A DNA stretch of 64,000 nucleotides from positions 1 to 64,000 of IMG/VR virus record IMGVR_UViG_3300003323_000790. One strand, given 5' to 3'. The notes under the pieces are model-generated. The model made no database searches. It was not told the DNA's origin and saw only the letters and a program-made list of their open reading frames with translations. The stretch is from a virus. The position numbers and the translations under genes were made by a program. Position 1 is the stretch's first letter; each line of letters begins with the position of its first letter. Below, one piece after another: positions 36,801-44,189 of the stretch.

Positions 36801-37385
36801 GCAATAACCTTAATGATTACCAAGGAAGAGGCCCAAGAATATTTGGACGCTCGGGAGGGTCTTTATGTTGTTGCCTCGGCCTGGAAGACGCAGGTGATCA
36901 AGGAAGCCAAGATCACTGGCAAGGTTCGTTCGCTGCTGGGCTCGGTGCGCCACCTTGGCCCGGCCTTCACCTCGCCCGACAAGTTCCGCGTGGCTAAGGC
37001 CGAGCGCCAGGCCGTGAACTTCAAGGTTCAAGGCTCGGCCGGTGAGCAGACCAAGCTGGCCGAGGGTCGGATGTGGAAGGACAATCTGTTCTTCGACTTC
37101 GACGCCGTGTGTTACGGCCCGGTGCACGACGAGGTGGTTTCCTCGACGCGCATCCCGGACCTGTACGAGTTCATCCCTCGCATGCACGCCGCCATTGTGG
37201 CGAACTACGCCAACATGGGCGTGCCGATCGAGGGCTCGATCAGCTTTGGGTTGTCATTTGGCCATCAAATTGAAATAGGTGAGCAGCCGACCGTCGAAGC
37301 CATCAACCACGGCTTATCGTTCCTGTGGGACGAAGAGTTTTACCGCAAGAGTTCGTATGTGTACCCGAAGTTAGCTATAATGTGA
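33876..37385 (+). CDS. family A DNA polymerase with 5'-3' and 3'-5' exonuclease domains
   Basis: EGDD and LVGDPSDKIPG (FEN-like); DIET and HNMNFE (3'-5' exo); DFKAQELR, RNLAKKLNF, VQGSA, VHDE. Confidence 0.93.
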   Translation: MKRQLLGVDGASFLWRGLRKGKDTENGYNVHRDGKDIWINSAIYGFENALNYLHTVLKEFKISPINLILVTEGKQSKSRRQLISLKYKASSDKAEEEYVEFHKARDLLVRFVLDLGGQVLTQPFAEGDDTLGWLAENTEVDLAIATYDNDISVLNGVNEYGASVQVWNDGVIGGNKYGTFPHKLITLYKGLVGDPSDKIPGAYKFGEAAFLEVANAYGIDGLWELDSMCRAQDLSPLAALAEDPKNKKLKLIYEQAPNVIDSYNMARIRPDWVDTLDDPLEWQAGMVRPLRADDDPRFKHWYGRQRLVTGDIFDQVVEWAKPLILKSPEVALDIETSSCDESDDWLAAQSKSGDADEGGIDVLAHRLTGLSITFGDNNQQSLYFSVDHARTRNCDSEKLRQFIAWITAQGKDLIIHNMNFELVVLFQEWGQRQLDNDFHGFLPNVLDTQLSCAYVDENSPRGLKFRSETVLKYQQQTYKETTELSGFEGTLPPGGREIMVTEPTYLTEHVGTGKFEPIFDEVTGEIIGAGPEITKEVFVLDEAGEKIVKTPPVHTRRYRMNELTGKHVTSYGCDDTICTMALHNYNRLRCELEHQWQVYKDVEIAAGYLHAKNFLDGIKVSLGKLRELSKEDDAIHDSSWATLRQYLIDSGWDGTNPPVYRAPLEPADIKEAYQIVTGRKLITQVRTPSKFIPLLEDDGCPDPRFMSHLKLAIEGGDAEVAAFTRYVQSHFKGEPSFNNGSFVQKQRLFYEVMGLPIRVRNAPTEEMRKKGIRDGGPKTDSLAIAYGLQDCAPELKPVLKAILLMGMVETRRKLFYKPYPYFVHWKTGKIHPSHRQSSTNTRRASVSKPNFQQMSKHPKVPGYDPRIREVVVPHRADAVVVSIDFKAQELRIIAEWSQDPVMLSMYIGDDKKDQHHLTALAIAQKKQPDYGWSYEKLANVLEHKSHVDYAWTKETRNLAKKLNFTAEYLARAPKVAITLMITKEEAQEYLDAREGLYVVASAWKTQVIKEAKITGKVRSLLGSVRHLGPAFTSPDKFRVAKAERQAVNFKVQGSAGEQTKLAEGRMWKDNLFFDFDAVCYGPVHDEVVSSTRIPDLYEFIPRMHAAIVANYANMGVPIEGSISFGLSFGHQIEIGEQPTVEAINHGLSFLWDEEFYRKSSYVYPKLAIM

Positions 37386-37407
37386 GGTAACTACCTTCGG
37401 AGGCTTT

Positions 37408-38088
37408 ATGCGTAATTTAGAAATCCCGGTCGGGGCGGTATTCGGGAGATTGACGGTAATCGGCCCTGCGATCTCCACTGCACATCACAGGCGCATACCA
37501 GTAGTGTGCGCCTGTGGCGAATTGCTGGCGCCAGCAGCGACAGGGCTCAGAAGAGGCAACAATCGGTCGTGCGGATGCTTGAAGTTAGAGAAATCCATAG
37601 CCAGAATTTTGCTGGCCAGGAAGCCTAAAAAGTACCCTGCAGGCTCTGAAAGGAGTGTCGGAGTGTGGAAGCAAATGCTGGACAGGTGCAGCAACCCGCA
37701 GAATAAATTTTGGCACCGCTATGGAGGTCGCGGCATTGCAGTAAGCGAAAGTTGGCTGAACTTTGACAGCTTCTACGCGGACATGGGGACAGCACCAAAA
37801 GGCTATCATCTCGACCGAATTGACAACGACGGCCCGTACTGCAAAGAGAACTGTAAGTGGGTGACCGTAGCTGACTCCCTCAAAAACCGGAGCCTCACAC
37901 TCTGGGTAACCTACCAAGGAGAAAAGCTTTCTTTGAAAGAGCTGTCAGTGCGACTGGGTATTCCTTATGACCCGATCTACCGACGATACGCGAGTATGCG
38001 AGGCAATATAGACATGGAAAAATTAACAAAGCCACTGGCGAAAAGGAGAAAGAAAGATGCCCAAGTTGCAACTGACAAGTGCGATTAA
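37408..38088 (+). CDS. HNH homing endonuclease
   Basis: CACG...SCGC, YGGRGI, LDRIDNDGPYCKENCKW; TATAAT (37376) and GGAGG upstream. Confidence 0.85.
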   Translation: MRNLEIPVGAVFGRLTVIGPAISTAHHRRIPVVCACGELLAPAATGLRRGNNRSCGCLKLEKSIARILLARKPKKYPAGSERSVGVWKQMLDRCSNPQNKFWHRYGGRGIAVSESWLNFDSFYADMGTAPKGYHLDRIDNDGPYCKENCKWVTVADSLKNRSLTLWVTYQGEKLSLKELSVRLGIPYDPIYRRYASMRGNIDMEKLTKPLAKRRKKDAQVATDKCD

Positions 38089-39106
38089 AGACTCGTGGAG
38101 CCCTGAAAAGCTCGAATTCCCCTGCATGTCGTTCAGGAAAATCGATGGCGTGCGCGCCGGCCACCTGCACGGCTTCCTGCACGGCCGCAGCCTTGACCCC
38201 TTCAAGAACACGGCGCTGAACGCCAAATTCGCCGACAAGATCTACACCGGCTTCGACGGCGAGCTGACCATCGGCGGCGCGCTGACCGACAAGGCGCTGA
38301 AGGCGATGATCGCCGGCGGCCGCATCGTCACCGACGAGCCTGACAGTTCCTTGTGCAGCTTGACCACCGGCTTGACCAATCGCTCGAAGTTGAAGCCCGG
38401 CGAGCTGGCGCTGCCGGACAACGCCGTGTGGAACCTGTTCGACTACTTGCACGACGACGTGATCGATCTCGAATACCTGCAGCGCTACGAAGCGCTGGAG
38501 CGCTACCTCGACAAGCATGCGCCGCCGCACGTGCGTCTGCTGCCGTTCAAGTGGATTCGCACACCAGAAGAAGCAGCGGCCTGGGTCGAAGAGTGCCTTG
38601 AGCTGACGTTCGAAGGCGCCATCTTCCGCAATCCTCGGGCAAAGCACAAGTCGGGCCGCGCCACGGCGAAGCTGGGTGACTTCTGGCGCTACAAGCCCAA
38701 GTCGGACAAGGACGGCGTGATCGTCGGCTACGAGGCGGCCTTGGCCAACAACAACGAAGCCACCATCAACAGCCGCGGCCATACCGAGCGCTCGTCGCAC
38801 AAGGAGAACAAGGTGGCCAAGGACGAGATCGGAAAATTTTCAGTGTACGACCTGGAGTCTGACCGGGTCATCCTTGTCGGGCCGGGCACCATGTCGCTCC
38901 AGGATCGTCGAAATTACTGGGCAGATCCGGCAGCATTACTGGGGCACCCGATGAAATATAACAGCCTGGATACGGGAGTCAAAGATAAGCCGCGGCAGGC
39001 GTTTTTCCATAGTCTGCGTAGCTGGGAAGACATGGATAAGCTGTCTGAGTATCAGAAAACCCGAGTAGCTGAGATGATAAAGGCATTTATTGACTCCAGC
39101 GTCTGA
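38057..39106 (+). CDS. ATP-dependent DNA ligase
   Basis: KIDGVR, FDGEL, LFD, EGAIFR motifs. Confidence 0.9.
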   Translation: MPKLQLTSAIKDSWSPEKLEFPCMSFRKIDGVRAGHLHGFLHGRSLDPFKNTALNAKFADKIYTGFDGELTIGGALTDKALKAMIAGGRIVTDEPDSSLCSLTTGLTNRSKLKPGELALPDNAVWNLFDYLHDDVIDLEYLQRYEALERYLDKHAPPHVRLLPFKWIRTPEEAAAWVEECLELTFEGAIFRNPRAKHKSGRATAKLGDFWRYKPKSDKDGVIVGYEAALANNNEATINSRGHTERSSHKENKVAKDEIGKFSVYDLESDRVILVGPGTMSLQDRRNYWADPAALLGHPMKYNSLDTGVKDKPRQAFFHSLRSWEDMDKLSEYQKTRVAEMIKAFIDSSV

Positions 39107-39140
39107 TTACACTAGAGTGTAATTTTCATTGGAGGGACAT

Positions 39141-39806
39141 ATGCCGACAAAGCTAAACTTGCTGGGTCAGCGATTCGGTCGTTTGGTAGTCCTGCGCCAG
39201 ACTGCGGATCGAGGTAAAGGTACTGTGTGGGAGTGCCAGTGCGATTGCGGCCTGACGCTGACCGTTAAGGCTGGCCCTCTGCGCACCGGGCACACGAAAT
39301 CTTGCGGTTGTTTGGTTCGAGAAAGGGTCCGTACGCTGCACACATTTCATAAAAACGTGGTAATCCACGGCGGCGCGCGGAAGGGAAATGATGGTAGCTA
39401 TAGGATCTGGCGGCTGATGTTTTTACGCTGCGAAAATCCTGATAACATCTCCTACCCCCTGTATGGTGCCCGAGGCATCTCTGTCTGTGAGCGGTGGAGG
39501 AGTTTTCCCGCGTTTAGGGAGGACATGGGGCCACGACCTCCAGGGCTTACCCTGGAGCGTGTGGACAATGAAGGCGACTACACACCTGAAAATTGTGTGT
39601 GGGCCACGCTGTCACAGCAAGCTAGGAATAAGCGCAATACTGTGCTTATGACTTATTTGGGGCGCACGCAAAGTTTGCGAGACTGGGCGGATGAGTTGGA
39701 GGTTTCGTTTAATAGCCTTTACTACAATTTCCGGAAACGGGGGGCTTCCCCAGAAGCAGCGGTGGCGAAGGCCGTAGCGTACGCCGAAACGAGAGCTACG
39801 AAATGA
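39141..39806 (+). CDS. HNH homing endonuclease
   Basis: WECQCDCG...SCGC, YGARGI, LERVDNEGDYTPENCVWA; TTGACT-N17-TAGAGT promoter at 39090. Confidence 0.85.
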   Translation: MPTKLNLLGQRFGRLVVLRQTADRGKGTVWECQCDCGLTLTVKAGPLRTGHTKSCGCLVRERVRTLHTFHKNVVIHGGARKGNDGSYRIWRLMFLRCENPDNISYPLYGARGISVCERWRSFPAFREDMGPRPPGLTLERVDNEGDYTPENCVWATLSQQARNKRNTVLMTYLGRTQSLRDWADELEVSFNSLYYNFRKRGASPEAAVAKAVAYAETRATK

Positions 39807-40018
39807 ATGATGCACTGAAGAGAACGCCTGAAGAGATCTGCCGCAGCAAGAAGGTGTACCGATCGAAGTCTGTCGCGCGCGAGTTTGGGCGCGCAGCGCT
39901 GCAGTACCGGGATACGCCGCTCTGGGTGTACCAATGTGCCGTCTGTAATCGGTGGCACCTAACCTCACAGCCGCAGCCTGCACCCAGCTCGGCTGTGACC
40001 TACGAAAGGAAGAAGTGA
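39803..40018 (+). CDS. small zinc-binding protein
   Basis: C..KKVY...YQCAVCNRWHLTS. Confidence 0.7.
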   Translation: MNDALKRTPEEICRSKKVYRSKSVAREFGRAALQYRDTPLWVYQCAVCNRWHLTSQPQPAPSSAVTYERKK

Positions 40019-40245
40019 TGCACATCGAAAAGCCCATACCCGAGCCGGAAGTGGTCGTCCTGACGGTGTCGGAAATTCAGGAAGCCGTGCGCGACTTGGT
40101 CCGGATACAAACCGGCCGAGAGATCGCTTATATGGCGGCCTGCGATATCCAGCCCTACCAAACAATCGGTGTTCGGCAGGTCAACTACACCGGCGCCGTG
40201 CGCTTTGCACTCAAACCTAAAGCTGAAGGAGCAGTAAATGAATGA
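40018..40245 (+). CDS. hypothetical protein
   Basis: TGATG-coupled start MHIEKP. Confidence 0.6.
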   Translation: MHIEKPIPEPEVVVLTVSEIQEAVRDLVRIQTGREIAYMAACDIQPYQTIGVRQVNYTGAVRFALKPKAEGAVNE

Positions 40246-40921
40246 CCCTATCAAAGTTCTCGATCACGGCCACGTCCGCCTCGTCGAAAGCATGGGCAGC
40301 GACCTGTCCATCGTGCGCAATGCTCGCGTGTCGTATGACGCCGACTGGCGCACCGGGGAAGACGAGGGCAAGGATGCCAAGCTGCTCGAATACTTGGTGA
40401 AGAACCGCCACACCTCACCGTTCGAATCGTGCGTCTTCACTTTCGACGTCAAGGCGCCGATCTTCGTATTCCGCCAGTGGCATCGCCACCGCACCTGGAG
40501 CTTCAACGAGATCAGCGCGCGCTACGCCGAGCTGCCGGAAGAATACTACGTGCCAGCGGTCGACAAGATCACGACGCAGTCGACGTCGAATAAGCAGATG
40601 CGCACCGACGAGCAGCTGGAAGATGCAGTCCGCGTGGCGGAGATGATTGACCGCGTCAATCACGAAGCCTTCCGAACCTACAAATACATGCTGGACATCG
40701 GCGCGCCACGCGAGCTGGCCCGCAGCGTGCTGCCAGTTGGCACCTACAGTCACATGTTCGCCACGGTTGACTTGCACAACCTGATGCACTTCCTGAAGCT
40801 GCGCCTGCACTCGCACTCCCAGTACGAAATCCGCGTCTACGCTGAAGCGATGCTGCAGCTGATCGAGCCGATCGTCCCGGTGTCGGTGGCAGCCTTCCGG
40901 CGCCACGTGCTGGAGGCGTGA
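40238..40921 (+). CDS. thyX: flavin-dependent thymidylate synthase
   Basis: HTSPFE, RQWHRHRTWSFNEISARY, ELARSVLP, QYEIR. Confidence 0.95.
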   Translation: MNDPIKVLDHGHVRLVESMGSDLSIVRNARVSYDADWRTGEDEGKDAKLLEYLVKNRHTSPFESCVFTFDVKAPIFVFRQWHRHRTWSFNEISARYAELPEEYYVPAVDKITTQSTSNKQMRTDEQLEDAVRVAEMIDRVNHEAFRTYKYMLDIGAPRELARSVLPVGTYSHMFATVDLHNLMHFLKLRLHSHSQYEIRVYAEAMLQLIEPIVPVSVAAFRRHVLEA

Positions 40922-41275
40922 ATGCCCAAGGTCTGTCCTGAAGCCACGGCCGGCGGCCGGTGCCGTCACCCTAAGTCCGACCGCACGCTGTGCGTGCTGT
41001 TGGACTCGCGCGCGGTCGACTGTAAGTTGCGGCGCGCGATGGAGCGCGTCGAGCCCCTCGTCTACGCGCCGCGTGCGCCGAAGGTGCATGCCACCGTCGG
41101 CCTGAAGGGGCGGCCTGAATTCGTCGGGCCACCAAAGCCTGTGCAGGCATTGCGCAACGAGCGCCGGCGACTTGAGCGCGCGGCGCGGAAGGCACAGGCA
41201 GAATCTGCTCAGCCGGCGGCGCCGCAGAGTCTGGCCACACCATTCGACGTACTTTTGAAAGGAACAAAATCATGA
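40922..41275 (+). CDS. hypothetical protein
   Basis: GGAGG SD; Cys-rich N-terminus. Confidence 0.55.
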   Translation: MPKVCPEATAGGRCRHPKSDRTLCVLLDSRAVDCKLRRAMERVEPLVYAPRAPKVHATVGLKGRPEFVGPPKPVQALRNERRRLERAARKAQAESAQPAAPQSLATPFDVLLKGTKS

Positions 41276-41778
41276 GCGGAGCAGCTAACAGAGGTCGCTA
41301 TGCTGAAAATAAGGTGCGCGAACACCTCAAAGCCATCGAAGCGCGATGGTCCAATTTCACCTTCAATCGCAACCAAGATGCACATGCCGCCCGCGGCGCT
41401 TTCGTGGCAGTGCCAGGAGACTTCCAGGCGTTCAAGGGGTGGTCCGACGATGCTGGACAGCCGAGGCATGAATCGTATATATTAGAGGTGAAGGAAGTTG
41501 CTCATGCCTCACGGCTGCCGTATAAAAATTACAGCGCGGACAAAGTTGCACGAATTCGTGTCCGTGAATTGTGTAATTGCCGGTGTCTGGTGCTGGTCTG
41601 CCACCGAGCTGGTGGGAAAATATTTTGGCGTGCGGTACCTCAAAATTTCTTCTACACCCGCAACGAACAAACCCCTTCAGGAAGCTGGGACCTCAGCGAA
41701 TTTCCTATAGTTGATTTTCGAGTGGCAATAAATAATCTAGTCGGGCTGGAGCTGGACAATGGTGAGAAGAAACTTTAA
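41272..41778 (+). CDS. PD-(D/E)xK nuclease, putative Holliday junction resolvase
   Basis: NRGRYAE...PGDF...LEVKE. Confidence 0.7.
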   Translation: MSGAANRGRYAENKVREHLKAIEARWSNFTFNRNQDAHAARGAFVAVPGDFQAFKGWSDDAGQPRHESYILEVKEVAHASRLPYKNYSADKVARIRVRELCNCRCLVLVCHRAGGKIFWRAVPQNFFYTRNEQTPSGSWDLSEFPIVDFRVAINNLVGLELDNGEKKL

Positions 41779-42436
41779 AGATCCATCAGAATACATAGGT
41801 CAGGCGTTCCACCGTCTGATCATAATTGGTCACGGCAAAAAAGACCGCCGAGGGCAGCAGCTATGGGCCTGCCGATGCGCCTGCGGGAAAGAGCTGGACG
41901 TGCCTTACCACCGCCTTCGGTAGGGGCAAACAAAATCTTGCGGATGTTTCCAGAGGGACGAGGCTCGACGCCGGGCCAAAGAAAGCGCGGAGCATGGGCT
42001 CTGTGTCAACTCTACCTCGGAGGTGAAGCGCACCTGGCTGACGTGGTCAGCGATGTTACAACGCTGCAACGATCCGAAGAATTCGGCGTGGCCAGACTAT
42101 GGCGGCCGAGGCATCACCGTATGTGAGAAGTGGCACAAATTCTCAGGCTTCTTGGAAGACATGGGTTTTCGTCCGGAAAAGTTGACGCTGGATAGGTTAG
42201 ACAACAGCCAAGGGTATTGTCTATCAAACTGCGCCTGGGTGCCTCGGCCATATCAGAGTATCAACACGCGCAAGACCATCCGCCTAGAGTATTCCGAGCA
42301 GGAGTGGTGCTTAAAAAGACTTTCACAATTTCTGCAGGTGCCGTACATGAAAGCTTACCACGCGTATCGAAAGGGCAATCTAGACGCTGTGTTTGGATTG
42401 CCTCCCGGCAGCATTACCATAAAGGAAAAGAAATGA
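41759..42436 (+). pseudogene. HNH endonuclease interrupted by in-frame TAG
   Basis: ATG 41759 gives MVRRNF...WACRCACG...HRLR*GQTKSCGC; TAG at 41921-41923; same frame continues into YGGRGI...LDRLDN. Confidence 0.8.
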
Positions 42437-43470
42437 CCCTAGCTATTTTTAACGATGTGCACGCAGGGGCCAATCGCACCGGCGGCACCACGCCACAAAC
42501 CGCATGGCAGATCCGCCAGGATCTGCTGCAGCAATTCGAAGAAGCCCTGTACCAGGTCGACGGCGACTTGATGATCCTGGGTGATCTGTTCGACGGCCCG
42601 GACATTCCGAAGCCGGACTTCCTGCGCACCTTCCTCGTACTGCAGGACTGGCTCAATCGTACCTCTGGGCAACTTTACTTACTCCCAGGCAACCATGACC
42701 TCTCCAAGTCCAGCACCACGATGTCGGCCTTCCAGCTGCTCGGCGCGCTGCTGGGCGCTGCCGGCGGCGAGCGGGTGAAGTACATGGCCGAGCCGGGCGC
42801 CACGCCGTACGGCTATGTGATTCCCCACTTGGCCAACCAAGACCTCTTCAACGCCGCGCTGGCCCAAGTCCCGAAGAGCCCGCTGCTCTTCGTGCACTGC
42901 AACTACGACAACAAGTTCGCCGTCGAGAGCGACCACAGCTTGAACCTGAGCCGCGAGCAGGCAGAAAAGCTGCCGGTCGAGCACATCGTCTTCGCCCACG
43001 AGCACATCGGCCGCGAAGAGCTGGGCGACAAGGTGGTGATCATCGGTAACAATTGGCCTAGCAGCGTGAGCGACTGCCTGGGCAACGCCACCAAGCGCCG
43101 TCTGGTGGTCGACATCGACGCCGCCGGCGAGCCTCAGCTCTCCTTCGTCGAGACCTGGCGCGCCGAGGGCGACTACAGCGAGCAGGACTGGCGCGAGCTG
43201 GAAGACAAGGGTCGCTTCATTCGCGCGGTTGGCAGCGCCACGGCGGCCGAAGCCGACCTGCTGGTGAAGACCTTGAGCCGCTTCCGGCGCGACGCCAAAG
43301 CGTTGGTGATCACCAACGCCGTGAAGCTGGAGGGCGTGGCCGACGCCGCGCAGCTGCAGCTCTCGCACGAAGAGGTCACCAACTTCAACGTGCGCGAGGC
43401 GCTGCGTGAGCTGCTGGAGCCGGCCGAGAACGAAAAAATTGACCGCTTACTGGAGAAACACTCATGCTGA
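42433..43470 (+). CDS. SbcD/Mre11-like metallophosphoesterase nuclease
   Basis: DVH, GDLFD, GNHD, AHEH motifs. Confidence 0.88.
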   Translation: MTLAIFNDVHAGANRTGGTTPQTAWQIRQDLLQQFEEALYQVDGDLMILGDLFDGPDIPKPDFLRTFLVLQDWLNRTSGQLYLLPGNHDLSKSSTTMSAFQLLGALLGAAGGERVKYMAEPGATPYGYVIPHLANQDLFNAALAQVPKSPLLFVHCNYDNKFAVESDHSLNLSREQAEKLPVEHIVFAHEHIGREELGDKVVIIGNNWPSSVSDCLGNATKRRLVVDIDAAGEPQLSFVETWRAEGDYSEQDWRELEDKGRFIRAVGSATAAEADLLVKTLSRFRRDAKALVITNAVKLEGVADAAQLQLSHEEVTNFNVREALRELLEPAENEKIDRLLEKHSC

Positions 43471-44189
43471 CCTTGCACTGCGGCCGCGCAGAAGATCTAT
43501 TCAAGCTGGTGCCGGACCATAGCGTGCATGCCGTGATCTGCGACCCTCCCTACGGAGTCACCCGAAATAAGTGGGATGCTATCATTCCCCTCGACTTGAT
43601 GTGGCAGGAACTGGACCGAATACTCACTCCAAACGGAGCAGCCATCTTTACAGCCAGCCAGCCCTTCACCAGTCAGTTGGTGGTATCGAACCTAAGCGGT
43701 TTCCGCCACGAGTGGATCTGGCGCAAGAATAAAGCAAGTGGGCATCTAAACGCCAAGCGGGCGCCGATGAAAGCCCACGAGTCGATCTTGGTGTTCGCCG
43801 CGAACGGGCTGACCTACACCCCGCAGATGGAGCTTGGGCACGCGCCGATGAACGCTTACTACACGAGCCACTCGGGGCAAAACTACGGCGGCGCCAAGGT
43901 GATGGCTGGTGGTGGCTCTACGCAGCGCTACCCGAAATCCGTGCTGGACTTCGCGGTGGTCAACAACAGCGATCCGGAGAAGTTCCACCCCACGCAGAAA
44001 CCGGTCAGCATGTTGGAATACCTCGTGCGCACGTACACTTTGGAGGGCCATACTGTACTCGATTTCGCTATGGGAAGCGGCAGTACAGGCGAAGCCTGCC
44101 TCAACACTGGCAGAGAATTTATCGGCTTCGAGCTGGAAGAGGATATGTTCCAACTTGCCAAACAACGACTGGAGAAACACTCATGCTGA
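43449..44189 (+). repeat. 22-bp perfect direct repeats flanking the methyltransferase gene
   Basis: ACTGGAGAAACACTCATGCTGA at 43449-43470 and 44168-44189. Confidence 0.9.
43464..44189 (+). CDS. DNA amino-methyltransferase (N6-A/N4-C, beta class)
   Basis: DPPY precedes HPTQKP and DFAMGSGST. Confidence 0.93.
   Translation: MLTLHCGRAEDLFKLVPDHSVHAVICDPPYGVTRNKWDAIIPLDLMWQELDRILTPNGAAIFTASQPFTSQLVVSNLSGFRHEWIWRKNKASGHLNAKRAPMKAHESILVFAANGLTYTPQMELGHAPMNAYYTSHSGQNYGGAKVMAGGGSTQRYPKSVLDFAVVNNSDPEKFHPTQKPVSMLEYLVRTYTLEGHTVLDFAMGSGSTGEACLNTGREFIGFELEEDMFQLAKQRLEKHSC

Noticed and set aside
41921-41923. Genome-wide TAG recoding
   Set aside because: TAG is used as a normal stop for several genes (ends 8042, 14721, 20144, 25177) and no suppressor tRNA was found.
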